Source of the DNA: a virus
Length of the DNA: 64,000 bases
Direction: 5' to 3' (one strand)
IMG/VR virus record: IMGVR_UViG_3300044970_001982
Span: 1 to 64,000 of that record
Each line of letters opens with the position of its first letter. The first letter of the stretch is position 1. The position numbers and the translations under genes were made by a program. Shown in pieces: positions 55,601 to 64,000 of this stretch. The notes under the pieces were generated by a model. That model searched no databases. It saw nothing but the letters and a program-made list of their open reading frames with translations, and was not told the origin of the DNA.

Positions 55601-57263
55601 CTATACTTTCTACTGAATAACTACTTGCTGTTTGCAAGTAAGATAGATACCAAGAAAAATCTAACTTAATTGGATTATAATAAGTTTTGTCAGCGCTTCT
55701 GTATACACCAGATATCTCAGCATAGCCGTCAAAAGATATGGTAGATTTTTCTACTGACTCAACTATAAGTCTTGCATCAGAGAAATCTCCAATACCAGGT
55801 TGATATAGATCTGTTAATGGAGAAGATGCCGCATCATATATTGCAGATATTCTAGATACGCCTTCATTTTCCATTCCAGCGTAATCCCAGATTCCCTCTT
55901 CCCATCTTACGTATCCAATATTTGTGGGATATCTTTTATTTATGTCTAATACTATGTCTTTAAATTTTTGAAGAGGTATTCCAGAATCACTAAAATATGG
56001 AGTTGATACTTCCATATCTGAAATTTCAATAATTTCTGGAGTTGCACCTGCGTAGTCAGAGTCTGGAGTAGCTCCATACGCTTTCCATATGTCCAGTTCT
56101 CGTCTTAAGGTTCTTTGAAGTGCTTCTTTGTATACTCCAGGTAAATTTCTGTAAACGTCTAATATTCTCTTTTTATATCTCGAATTATCTTCAAGGAATA
56201 ATCTTGGCAGACCGACTCTGACTCCAAACTCATCAAAAATATTAAAAACATTTGTTGGATATTGATCAAACGCAATTCCATTAACCAATAAAGAATCATA
56301 TTGTCTAATGGTTAAAATTTGCTTATCTATAGGATTATAGAAATACGCATGATCTGTTGGTTTTAAGTTGTAAAAATAACCAAGATCATGAACTGCAGAT
56401 AGCTTTACGCCATCTCCAACTACACCAATTACATTGACGGGAATATTATACGAAACATAAACCCAGGTTAATATTTCCTCATTCGCGCTTGCTATATAAT
56501 TATTTATATTTTGTAAATCTATTTTAGTTACAAATTGATCTATAGAATCTTGCAAAAGTGCTGAAAGGAACTTTCCTCCAGAAGAATTTGGAGTAGCTGT
56601 ACTTGGTGTAGCATTTTCTTCTGAGTCTTCAAAAAGCGAAGTCCATGTAGGGAATCTTCTTAATATATTTTTAGTATTTTGAGATACTACAGGAGACGTA
56701 ATATCGTGAATGCCAATCTCTAAATAAAATAGCAAACCTAAGTCAGATGTATTTCCAGTTTCTGTAAATATTTCTAACTCAATTTTAATCCAAGGCTTAG
56801 AGTTTCTAATAAATATTGCATTAGAATCAAAGGAAACTTTAGACTGAAGCCATGGACCATTTTCTTCGTCTGATTCATATATTTGAATATTAAAAGTTGG
56901 GACTTCGTCTCCGGCAACATTGGTAAATGTATGCTTATAGGCTAAGATATCTATTCTAGAACTTGTATCTACGAACCTGAGTAAGTCAGGGGTTGCAGCA
57001 TCATATATAACTTCTCCGGCATCTGTCATATAAACAGAGTTCTGGACTAATGGTGTTGCGTGGTCTTCCGAGAAAGAGGGGGAGGTTAACTCTATTCCGG
57101 TATAAATATTGTCACCAATAAGGTTTAAGCCATATCTAGACCGAGTGTATGAATAGTTGGTATAAGCTGTATTATGGTACAGGTTAATTGGATTACTGGT
57201 CCAGACATTACTGGACTTATTAAAATCTGAACTTCTCAGAAGTAACAAATATTGTTTCATCAA
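52695..57263 (-). CDS. Large baseplate wedge/tail protein with dispersed Ala-Thr-Pro motifs
   Basis: Follows baseplate J; FDEFGVRVGLPRL..EDN..YK.RIL wedge-like motif; C-terminal Ig-like segments. Confidence 0.7.
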   Translation of the reverse strand: MMKQYLLLLRSSDFNKSSNVWTSNPINLYHNTAYTNYSYTRSRYGLNLIGDNIYTGIELTSPSFSEDHATPLVQNSVYMTDAGEVIYDAATPDLLRFVDTSSRIDILAYKHTFTNVAGDEVPTFNIQIYESDEENGPWLQSKVSFDSNAIFIRNSKPWIKIELEIFTETGNTSDLGLLFYLEIGIHDITSPVVSQNTKNILRRFPTWTSLFEDSEENATPSTATPNSSGGKFLSALLQDSIDQFVTKIDLQNINNYIASANEEILTWVYVSYNIPVNVIGVVGDGVKLSAVHDLGYFYNLKPTDHAYFYNPIDKQILTIRQYDSLLVNGIAFDQYPTNVFNIFDEFGVRVGLPRLFLEDNSRYKKRILDVYRNLPGVYKEALQRTLRRELDIWKAYGATPDSDYAGATPEIIEISDMEVSTPYFSDSGIPLQKFKDIVLDINKRYPTNIGYVRWEEGIWDYAGMENEGVSRISAIYDAASSPLTDLYQPGIGDFSDARLIVESVEKSTISFDGYAEISGVYRSADKTYYNPIKLDFSWYLSYLQTASSYSVESIDGGVGLTYEVTTKAHANYATPSTFYANLNYLNREDFYVYNRYGQDHVSSPEFNLIKIFTQEGNTLNDIEFRDKTYNEVYNNPSSPNFSSISIEDVSQVKIVFSNGGWDYLTQDYDTTIDIGDYWGGFNLSTPNYYVNPSAGTETSIASPNITADNVNLRIGSTIYNDDVFIQDTNQISSYVYLNEGNSRFEQSLTTPIIYVDDLVDLIIYPPNATPEYLYINSAAPVGLAYFGTDNIINNTAGGAVVDFVDNNRYLVPSSPNILYSFYDESGVQLTTPQYFDSATINFSSTPSYIKFESASGNYYPLYREEYFSFSAQTTPQLFSGFIDSLDNVYENEEQYLVSYFNSDTFLKTINLDSNSFNLNLEYIYDIKDINFLSDTNDIIVYVENKDQLVENINNAVENSDSIEVSLHAKKDTAALMAKRRAIHTGHLFLNEDEYYVYSEPVTETFNGQFFSIKLNSTPTNGSPIIVNVHETQYRNIVFEDSATPGNLSFVNTESVYGNFGNSLYLAYEDVFNITVADKYTGEILFSDLSTATNKLECFDQSTPSIIGREYEVTYTVNQAWSIDNRVYDSVNDEYNTYIYFSTTPNYEEIYSITYESAINDNTQTIDLDVSPDVNPIDEGYVYVSLSEYDFSHTETYLSPGYISDAYSDIMHLSIVSYDENDNIKPGQTFEISGNLILATPNYVTTNDNGLAKTLIRYTGPQPAEVTSSTITITGIGSATPNGGSNSQTGSYVESIPFNIRRTEPNRVWIKAAPTDFIVNADGVSSIGISGKILWKNDSFNHEVQIAWNKARTLKDLFAATPDYLITSQADGSFEIDTAMTSQEVGAPGYWFARVNIVNDEIVRNLLEEDGETVDSTDVTIAGDVIYWYESYDPIQYSNESDIPLPNIYTVNKQDNSELIATPNFVYNHTNPSVLYSLDTTPNWQPPVWTMLNKYTQYQMGIMGTTPNIVVDYSLLHPDHEEY

Positions 57264-57276
57264 TTAACCTTAATTT

Positions 57277-58446
57277 TTAATAAACTGAAGTACCCATTAT
57301 AACAGAATTTACCGTTATAGTTCCAGCTGCTAAGTATTTTTTAACACCATCTGGAGTATAATCTGTCAAAGGAATTTCTCTTCCATCAGCTGTCATTGCA
57401 GTTATTACTACACCCCTAATGTAGTCGGAAGCTGTCTTTATTTGACGCTCTAACTCACCAACGGAGAGAGTTTCTCCAACAGATAGAGAATTTAAATACC
57501 TTTTAACGAATAGCACAGATTGATTTCGTATACCAGCTGCCAATGTTTCGTTTACTCCCATAGGAATTCTTATTGTATAAGACAATCCTATCCCAACTTT
57601 TTCGGCTATTCTTACATTAAATTTAACACCAACTGGTTTTACTTGTGAAGTTGCAAGTATGATGTTTTGAGGTAAATTTGATAAGGCTGAAGAATTTTCA
57701 GGAACAACAATAATGTCACAAGAACCAACCCCATAAGATCCTTCTCTAATTTTTACATCCCTAACACCTCTAACAGACAAGGCTGCGAAGCGTACGGACT
57801 CAACTGTTCCAACAGCTTTAGACTTTATAGATGCTACTATTCTTCTTCTATAATTAGAATCTGACTCTGAATTTACATTTGAATAAACTTCTTTTGGATT
57901 ATTACAAAACAGTATTACTCCAGCTGGAGAAAAAAAGCTATGTTTAGTTAGCGAATTAACTGGTGCAACGTAGGCATTGTCAGTGAAATTTGGCTCTACT
58001 CTACCATAAGCTTTTAGATTTCCCCTGGCGATAGTGACGTCTCCAACTAGCTTAAATGAATACTGTTTTGTAACAAAGTTGCTAACATCATTGTAAACAA
58101 GTGTTCCGCTAGGAATTAGTACATCAGAGCTGTGAGCTTTATTTATAAAAAATTCTATATTGAAAGACTGTCTATCTTCTGCGGAATAATCTGTTATAGT
58201 TTTTCTTTGTATCCCATAAAGATCGCCAATAAGGTCTAAATTTTTTCCAGAAGCTGTCAGTAAGTTATTTTGATTAATATTAAATCTAAGAGACTCATAA
58301 AGGTCAGATATTTCAGAAGTAAATGCCTCAGCAAACGCTCTAGCTATCGACCCTGGATATATCGCAGTAATTCCTGCGTCTTTCTGGAGTGAGTTTAGTA
58401 CATTTACTAAAATATCAGACTTATTTTTAATACCGTATACAGTCAT
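57277..58446 (-). CDS. Baseplate J-like wedge protein
   Basis: GSIARA, ASGKNLDLIG..YG..R, IPSGT, ESDSNYRRR, GT..S. Confidence 0.88.
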   Translation of the reverse strand: MTVYGIKNKSDILVNVLNSLQKDAGITAIYPGSIARAFAEAFTSEISDLYESLRFNINQNNLLTASGKNLDLIGDLYGIQRKTITDYSAEDRQSFNIEFFINKAHSSDVLIPSGTLVYNDVSNFVTKQYSFKLVGDVTIARGNLKAYGRVEPNFTDNAYVAPVNSLTKHSFFSPAGVILFCNNPKEVYSNVNSESDSNYRRRIVASIKSKAVGTVESVRFAALSVRGVRDVKIREGSYGVGSCDIIVVPENSSALSNLPQNIILATSQVKPVGVKFNVRIAEKVGIGLSYTIRIPMGVNETLAAGIRNQSVLFVKRYLNSLSVGETLSVGELERQIKTASDYIRGVVITAMTADGREIPLTDYTPDGVKKYLAAGTITVNSVIMGTSVY

Positions 58447-58447
58447 T

Positions 58448-58828
58448 TTAATCTCCTAAATTTTGACTGACAGATAGCATGATTGGTTCATCTATATCGG
58501 ATATAATATGTATATCAAATCTTATTGTATCTGGACTTGTTGGAACTGCTTTTATTTGAATATTTCTTCCCTTAAAAAGACCTTCCCTCTGTATCCCAGC
58601 TCTAATTAGAGCTTTTCCAAACTCTGCCGTTTCTCTAGACTGTGGCATTCCGTATAGCCTGGATAAGTCTATTCCTAACTGTGGATATATATAAAAATCT
58701 CCTGGCTCTGTCATCATCCTTAAGTATATTTGCTGAATGTCTTCATGCATAGATGAAGGAGCTAACGCTATATCTTTTAATCCAGATATAACAATATCTC
58801 CATCTAAAGTAAAATATAAATCACTCAT
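58448..58828 (-). CDS. gp25/GpW-like baseplate protein
   Basis: GDI..Q.I.LRMMTEPGD..YPQLG. Confidence 0.8.
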   Translation of the reverse strand: MSDLYFTLDGDIVISGLKDIALAPSSMHEDIQQIYLRMMTEPGDFYIYPQLGIDLSRLYGMPQSRETAEFGKALIRAGIQREGLFKGRNIQIKAVPTSPDTIRFDIHIISDIDEPIMLSVSQNLGD

Positions 58829-59468
58829 TACTTTCCCTTAAAGCGGTGATGTGTGCCTCCTCAAAAGTAAGGCCTGTTTTTATTAAATCGACTACTCGTA
58901 GAATATGTTCTGGGGAATAGTCTGTTCTATAAGCCTCTATAAGTTTTATTTGCTCTTCTGTCAAACCATCAGTGCTATATTTGGATATATAATCCTGTGT
59001 AGGAACTGTTTGATTGTCTGAAGATAATCTATAGTCACCAGTAATAGTAATGGGAGTTTGGCTTTGTTCTTGTTCATTTTCAATAATAGCTTGAAGATAA
59101 TGTGTTACTCCATTTTGGGATGAATGGATAAGTTTGTTATTTAATTTAACTAAAGTAGGCTCCACATATGTAGAGGCAGAGTAGTTAAAATTAAAACTAT
59201 TCCATCTCAATCCGTCTTCTTTTGTAAACATTTTGATAGAGTCTGCAAATAATGATATTGACTTTCCTTTTGCACTGATTATTATTCCAATTCCAGGAGC
59301 TGCAAATATTTCAATGTCTCCGTCATCCGTAAGACGAATAAAGCTACTTAAATCTGGATGAGTCAATCCGACTTCTCTGTCAGAGAATTCTTTTCTTTTT
59401 TTTATTTCAGAAGAAACTGGGTAGGTTTTTTGCTGATAATTTATTCTATCTATAGAGTCTTTAGTCAT
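58821..59468 (-). CDS. Putative baseplate spike-associated protein
   Basis: HP..SFIRLTDDGDIEI beta-repeat; position between the OB-fold gene and gp25. Confidence 0.5.
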   Translation of the reverse strand: MTKDSIDRINYQQKTYPVSSEIKKRKEFSDREVGLTHPDLSSFIRLTDDGDIEIFAAPGIGIIISAKGKSISLFADSIKMFTKEDGLRWNSFNFNYSASTYVEPTLVKLNNKLIHSSQNGVTHYLQAIIENEQEQSQTPITITGDYRLSSDNQTVPTQDYISKYSTDGLTEEQIKLIEAYRTDYSPEHILRVVDLIKTGLTFEEAHITALRESNE

Positions 59469-59836
59469 CAGTACACCATAAATTTCGGTATTCCAGTATT
59501 AAGAGTATAATTATAATTGTAGTTAGCGTTAGATCCAAGATCTTGATAGATATTTATAATATAAGGTTTTGCCTCATTATTATCTCTAAATCCTACTAAA
59601 CATCTTTCTCCAGGAACTGGAGAAACAAATTGGACTCCTCTAGTATAAGGGCACGCAACATTTTTGATTACATTTCCTACACTGTCAGAGTACTGATCTT
59701 CTAAAACTACTATTGCAGTATTTGTTACTTTATCATAAGACATAATAACACCAGGCCTTGTTCTAGCCTTCTGCATTTCTGTTGTTGTTATTTGGTCTTG
59801 TATTTTTTTGTCAAATTTTGGATAATTTACTGGCAT
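59468..59836 (-). CDS. Baseplate spike OB-fold (gp5/gpV N-terminal-like) protein
   Basis: GVIMSYD..A.V..NV..P.PGERCLVGF...P.I. Confidence 0.7.
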   Translation of the reverse strand: MPVNYPKFDKKIQDQITTTEMQKARTRPGVIMSYDKVTNTAIVVLEDQYSDSVGNVIKNVACPYTRGVQFVSPVPGERCLVGFRDNNEAKPYIINIYQDLGSNANYNYNYTLNTGIPKFMVY

Positions 59837-59850
59837 ATGCTTCTCCTTAA

Positions 59851-62130
59851 TTACGGATTAGTAAACAATTGACCATTCAGCCATTGATCAATGTATGGCC
59901 TAGACCAAACTGTATCTCCAAATGTAGCTGGGTCATCACGATAAACGGCTTTGACCCATTCTTTAAGATCATTTTCTGTTTTTCCTATAGTTTTATAAAC
60001 CTCTACACAATGCACAAACTGTACACCGCTTATCCATCCATAAGGTTGCTTCCCCCTATAGTCTCCCCATGCCCCAAATTGATAACCATTAGAAGGTTGG
60101 GTTCCCAATCTCTGTAGGCCAAACTGAGGAGGCTGTCCAGTTCTAAATGTATATAAAGCCCATGCCTGATTAATCGGTATCCAAAATCTATGATCAACCA
60201 ACTCTCTCATGATCTCTACAGTTGCATTGTAACTTCCTGTATAAAATCTTAGTGTTTCATATTTTTCTGTCATAACTCTATTGTAGTTATCTATGGTTGG
60301 TTTTGTTTCTCCAGGAAAAACAGTGTCCCAGTTTTTAATTGCAATTTGCCAACCTTGAAGAAGTTCTTTACCATTAGAATCTGTTAATTCATATGTTTTT
60401 TTTCCATGAGCTGCTCCAGATGAGGCGCTGGTGCTAACTTCACCTTGTCTATTTTTTCTATAACCACCAACTCCCATGTTTATTTGAAAAATACCTAAAG
60501 ACATAAAGTCTCCACTAAGTGCATTTGGATTGCATGATGTTGGGTGGCCATTACTTTCTCTAACTATAATTCCAGCAAATATAGCAGCTACTTCATCAGA
60601 GAAAGCTGTTGTCCTTAACATATTAAATACATCTAAACGAGTTAGCTCAGCACCCCAGTCACCATAATAATTTTTTCTTATATTCTCTGGAGTTGGATTA
60701 TATGGAACAACGCCTATTCCTGGAATTTCCACATTTATAGTCCCATACGTAGATGTCCCTCCTGATGTTCCTGTACCAGTATTCGTTCCAGCAATTGCCA
60801 TTGCTCCTCCAGGGCCAACATATCTACCAGATCTCATACCGCTAAAACTAAGGTGTATGTGATTTCTATGGTCAGCATCTCCCATAAAGTTAATATACTC
60901 TAGATATGGTTTATTTAACTTTAAAGCAGATGTCATTGGTTCAAGGCCAGAATCAAGAAGTCCATAATCAGAAATTAAATCACTACTAACAACAACCAGA
61001 TCTGGCAATAGATATTGGGGAACCTCAGCCAAAGCTTCAATTAATATTTGAACAGCCTTATCGTAGGTTTCTTTTGGCGGAATAGTAGATAGTTCTATTA
61101 TTTCTCCATTTATTTTTCCAACCCGCTTAATATCTATTGCTCTACCAAAAACATGATCGCTTAAAAATGTCCTGTCTTTTCCTGCTGCAACAGCTTTGTC
61201 ATAATATCTTTGCGGACTTCTTCCAGCATCTAAGCCACCACCTATGTATATATTTTTTTCATGCATAAGTAACAAAAATTCTATTAAGGCTGGGCATATA
61301 TATGCGTTTGCTCCGCCACCAGGTGAGTCTAAAATTACATCACTTGATAAAAATCTTTCTTCACTAGGAATTTTTGCGTCAGGGAAGAATGTATCTTCGC
61401 CATTACCTATTCTTATTGGTCCATTCGCCCATTCATTTGGAATGTCAAATCTAAATCCACCTATTTTAGCGTTGTCTGAAATAACTGACTCATATTTACT
61501 TCTAAGAAGTGTTAATCTTTCTTGAAACCAGGCGTTTTCTTCTGCTGACAATTCTGATATATATGCAACATTTCTTTTTCCAGCGCTTTGCATTTCTGCA
61601 CTTGGCTGACCTGCATTTCCGTTTTTAGAGTTATTTCCACTATCGCCAGTTGCTGCAGATTCTCCAAGTTTTCTTTCAATTTCAATCTGCTGCATATTTT
61701 GTATGGACTGATCTACGAATGAGGCTCCTAGGTTTTTTCCGGCTATAGATTGAGCTATTATTCTATTATAGGCTGCGGCACCAGTTAATTTTATACTATC
61801 TTCACTTTCATATTGTGTTTCAGGATTGTTAACGGGTTGATCAAAAGATTCGCTAGCAACAGATGCTCCACCAGTTATTAGTGTATTAAGTGAAGTAGAC
61901 ACAGACATACTTAAAGCTTTTGTTGCGTATTTTGGATGCCTATTAAAGATATCTCCATTTATCATGGAGCTAACAGTTGAGGTACTTAAGGTTCTACCTA
62001 AAACTGGAGCAGCTTTTGAAGCGCTTGTATTTTTTACTGGAGACTTTCCACCAGGATAATAATCATTAAATACTGTATTTGCAAAAGATACAGAATCAGA
62101 CAGAGCTGCATTATTAATATTAAAACTCAC
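59851..62130 (-). CDS. Tail-associated lysin: M15-like peptidase plus lytic transglycosylase
   Basis: SDHVFGRAID..HRNHIHLS; RESNG..SLGIFQIN. Confidence 0.75.
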   Translation of the reverse strand: MSFNINNAALSDSVSFANTVFNDYYPGGKSPVKNTSASKAAPVLGRTLSTSTVSSMINGDIFNRHPKYATKALSMSVSTSLNTLITGGASVASESFDQPVNNPETQYESEDSIKLTGAAAYNRIIAQSIAGKNLGASFVDQSIQNMQQIEIERKLGESAATGDSGNNSKNGNAGQPSAEMQSAGKRNVAYISELSAEENAWFQERLTLLRSKYESVISDNAKIGGFRFDIPNEWANGPIRIGNGEDTFFPDAKIPSEERFLSSDVILDSPGGGANAYICPALIEFLLLMHEKNIYIGGGLDAGRSPQRYYDKAVAAGKDRTFLSDHVFGRAIDIKRVGKINGEIIELSTIPPKETYDKAVQILIEALAEVPQYLLPDLVVVSSDLISDYGLLDSGLEPMTSALKLNKPYLEYINFMGDADHRNHIHLSFSGMRSGRYVGPGGAMAIAGTNTGTGTSGGTSTYGTINVEIPGIGVVPYNPTPENIRKNYYGDWGAELTRLDVFNMLRTTAFSDEVAAIFAGIIVRESNGHPTSCNPNALSGDFMSLGIFQINMGVGGYRKNRQGEVSTSASSGAAHGKKTYELTDSNGKELLQGWQIAIKNWDTVFPGETKPTIDNYNRVMTEKYETLRFYTGSYNATVEIMRELVDHRFWIPINQAWALYTFRTGQPPQFGLQRLGTQPSNGYQFGAWGDYRGKQPYGWISGVQFVHCVEVYKTIGKTENDLKEWVKAVYRDDPATFGDTVWSRPYIDQWLNGQLFTNP

Positions 62131-64000
62131 TAGATCACTCTCCTTGGCATAAGGGCTGATTCTTCTGCAGAAATAACAGACTCAGATTCTATCTGCACTT
62201 GCTTAGCGTATACTTGAGCTAAATTATTGGATACTAGTTCCCAGTTTAATGTAACTGGATATCCATCTTCATAATATTCATCCCAGAATATAGTAGGCCA
62301 TTCGCTTGTTTTTTCGTAAGTTGCGTTTAAGATTCTGTATGCAACTAGAGCATTATACAGTTTAACTACGTCATCTTCAGATATTCCATAATTGGTCTGA
62401 GCGTTGTCTCTTAAATATTCGGGAGCAAAGTAAGACAATTTACTATTAATAATTTCATTATATATTGAAAGTTTCTTTACATTCATTGGAGAATCTTCGT
62501 AAATTCCCTTAAAGAACTCTAAACATATAAGATTATTAATTGAGTCTACACTTCCTATATTTTTTTCTTTATTCTTTATAAAGCAGGATGTAACAAATTG
62601 TTCGGCCTGTTGAACAACTGATTCGGGCTGGTAATACCAAATTGTGCCCAAAACTCTTTCTGATGCGGTGACGTCCTTGGCATAATTTGCCACTGTATTT
62701 TCATTTGCACCGGGTTGAAATTGTTGCTCAAATATAACATCATCAGTTGCTGAGTTACTTATTTTTGTTCTAAGAACAAATATTCTATTCTTAAGCTTTT
62801 CTTCTGTATAGAGTTTTGCCCTTCCACCAGGAGTACTTATTGAAGTAAGCTGCGTTTGATTATCTTGATTACCTGGTTCATTTGGAATGCCGCCAACTCT
62901 AATTGTATTAGTTTCTCCAGTATTTATTCCATCAAATCTAACCTTAAATGTAGATCCAGAAATTATATCTTGAACCCAGAAAGTGTCACCGTCAATAAAT
63001 TCGGTAACTTTTACGATCACCCTGAATAGTGATGGTTGGAGATCTGCTTTTTCTGGACCAAGACCGCTTAATTGCAAAACTCTTGCGTGTGTTATTGCAT
63101 TTTCATAGTCTATATGTCTAACTAAATCTTTTATTTCTACTTCTTGCCAGCCAAGACTCTTTAATAAATCGTCACTTCTAATGAATACATTTCCTTCTGG
63201 AGTTTTTACTTTAGTTCTTGCTCCCAACAAACCTGGAAGAAGTGCCTTGGAATGATATCTACCTACAACCATGCCTTGATTATATGACAAGCCGGCATCC
63301 ATTGGCTGGCCATTCTTATTTAGGTATTGTATATAACAACCATGCTGATCAAGTACGTTGTCCCTAATCCATTTCCAGCCCTTCCAAGCTAGCTGTCCAA
63401 CTATAGGAAGTGCAATTGCTGCGGCTGCTCCGCCTGCTGCAGCTGCTATTAGGCCAGAACCAGCTATTAATCCACCAGCAACTGCCTTAAATCCAGTATC
63501 TGAACCACTCTTATTTGCGTCAATTAACTGTTGAGCTTTTTGTGGTAATGTTAATGCAGTTTGATTAGCCATAATATCTTTAACTAAAGATGTAGATCCA
63601 TGCGTATATTCAATTCCACCCATCATTTGTGGCATTAGGGCATCTGATAGGGCGTCTACTGATATATCACCGCCAACATTTATTCCAGTATTTGACGCCA
63701 TAATATTGTCTATATAGAATCTAGTATCATTTCTAATATTTTGTAGCCCCAGCCAGGATCTTAACCATGAAGATAGGAACCAGCGCGATGGGTCATTAAC
63801 AGTAACTAAAGCGTTGGGTGTAATTGATGTTATGTAGCCCATTTCCGGAGTAAAGTGATGAACAACCTGTTCAACTTCAAATAGTCCATACATTCTTTCA
63901 TAGACGTCTGAGAGATATACTAGGTCATGCGGTCTAATATCTGCATTTCCTATGATGATTAGTTCGCCACCATAAATATCTTTAATAGATTCTTTTAGGT
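62130..64000 (-). CDS. Baseplate hub-like protein with C-terminal staphylococcal-nuclease domain (5' end outside window)
   Basis: Frame is open to 64000: GELIIIGNADIRPHDLVYL..YGLFEVEQVVHHF (hub motif); later IDGDTF..VRFDGINTGE..ERVLG. Confidence 0.7.
   Translation of the reverse strand, partial: LKESIKDIYGGELIIIGNADIRPHDLVYLSDVYERMYGLFEVEQVVHHFTPEMGYITSITPNALVTVNDPSRWFLSSWLRSWLGLQNIRNDTRFYIDNIMASNTGINVGGDISVDALSDALMPQMMGGIEYTHGSTSLVKDIMANQTALTLPQKAQQLIDANKSGSDTGFKAVAGGLIAGSGLIAAAAGGAAAAIALPIVGQLAWKGWKWIRDNVLDQHGCYIQYLNKNGQPMDAGLSYNQGMVVGRYHSKALLPGLLGARTKVKTPEGNVFIRSDDLLKSLGWQEVEIKDLVRHIDYENAITHARVLQLSGLGPEKADLQPSLFRVIVKVTEFIDGDTFWVQDIISGSTFKVRFDGINTGETNTIRVGGIPNEPGNQDNQTQLTSISTPGGRAKLYTEEKLKNRIFVLRTKISNSATDDVIFEQQFQPGANENTVANYAKDVTASERVLGTIWYYQPESVVQQAEQFVTSCFIKNKEKNIGSVDSINNLICLEFFKGIYEDSPMNVKKLSIYNEIINSKLSYFAPEYLRDNAQTNYGISEDDVVKLYNALVAYRILNATYEKTSEWPTIFWDEYYEDGYPVTLNWELVSNNLAQVYAKQVQIESESVISAEESALMPRRVI

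Noticed and set aside
1059-61525. Numerous short ORFs in the track that are antisense to, or nested in, longer genes (e.g. 1059, 9579, 11650, 20338, 35751, 61244)
   Set aside because: Shadow frames of well-supported genes, with no recognisable motifs
1-64000. Alternative genetic code
   Set aside because: Long genes are intact under code 11, all three stop codons terminate genes and the tRNA is not a suppressor

Overview
This window is a 64 kb slice of a large, AT-rich, tailed dsDNA phage, probably a contractile-tailed myovirus since gp25-like, baseplate-J and hub genes are present. Almost all genes are on the minus strand. The host is probably a monoderm actinobacterium: the phage carries a DnaE1-like polymerase, an MSMEG_6728-type glycosylase, an r1t-type holin, an LPXTG protein and apparently leaderless genes. 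Layout: (1-14.5 kb) a late/accessory region with a collagen-repeat fibre, glycosyltransferases, two secreted Pro/Thr-rich surface proteins, a HiPIP-like pair, tRNA-Ser(GCT), a lysis cassette and about 10 tiny Lys-rich proteins, six of them missing from the ORF track; (14.5-37.3 kb) replication and nucleotide metabolism with dNMP kinase, RNase HI, a phage sigma factor, two Cas4/RecB-like proteins, DnaE, an AEP primase with a PriL-like Fe-S domain, DnaB, glycosyltransferases, dCMP deaminase, ThyX and class II RNR; (37.5-64 kb) holin, tail and baseplate genes. Most notable signals: a TTACTAT motif a near-constant 33-34 nt upstream of late genes, an array of polycationic micro-proteins, 13 dispersed Ala-Thr-Pro motifs in one 1522-aa baseplate protein (candidate glycosylation sites), a baseplate hub fused to a staphylococcal-nuclease domain, tandem HiPIP-like Fe-S proteins and a phage-encoded sortase substrate. 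All family calls come from reading motifs by eye, not from database searches.
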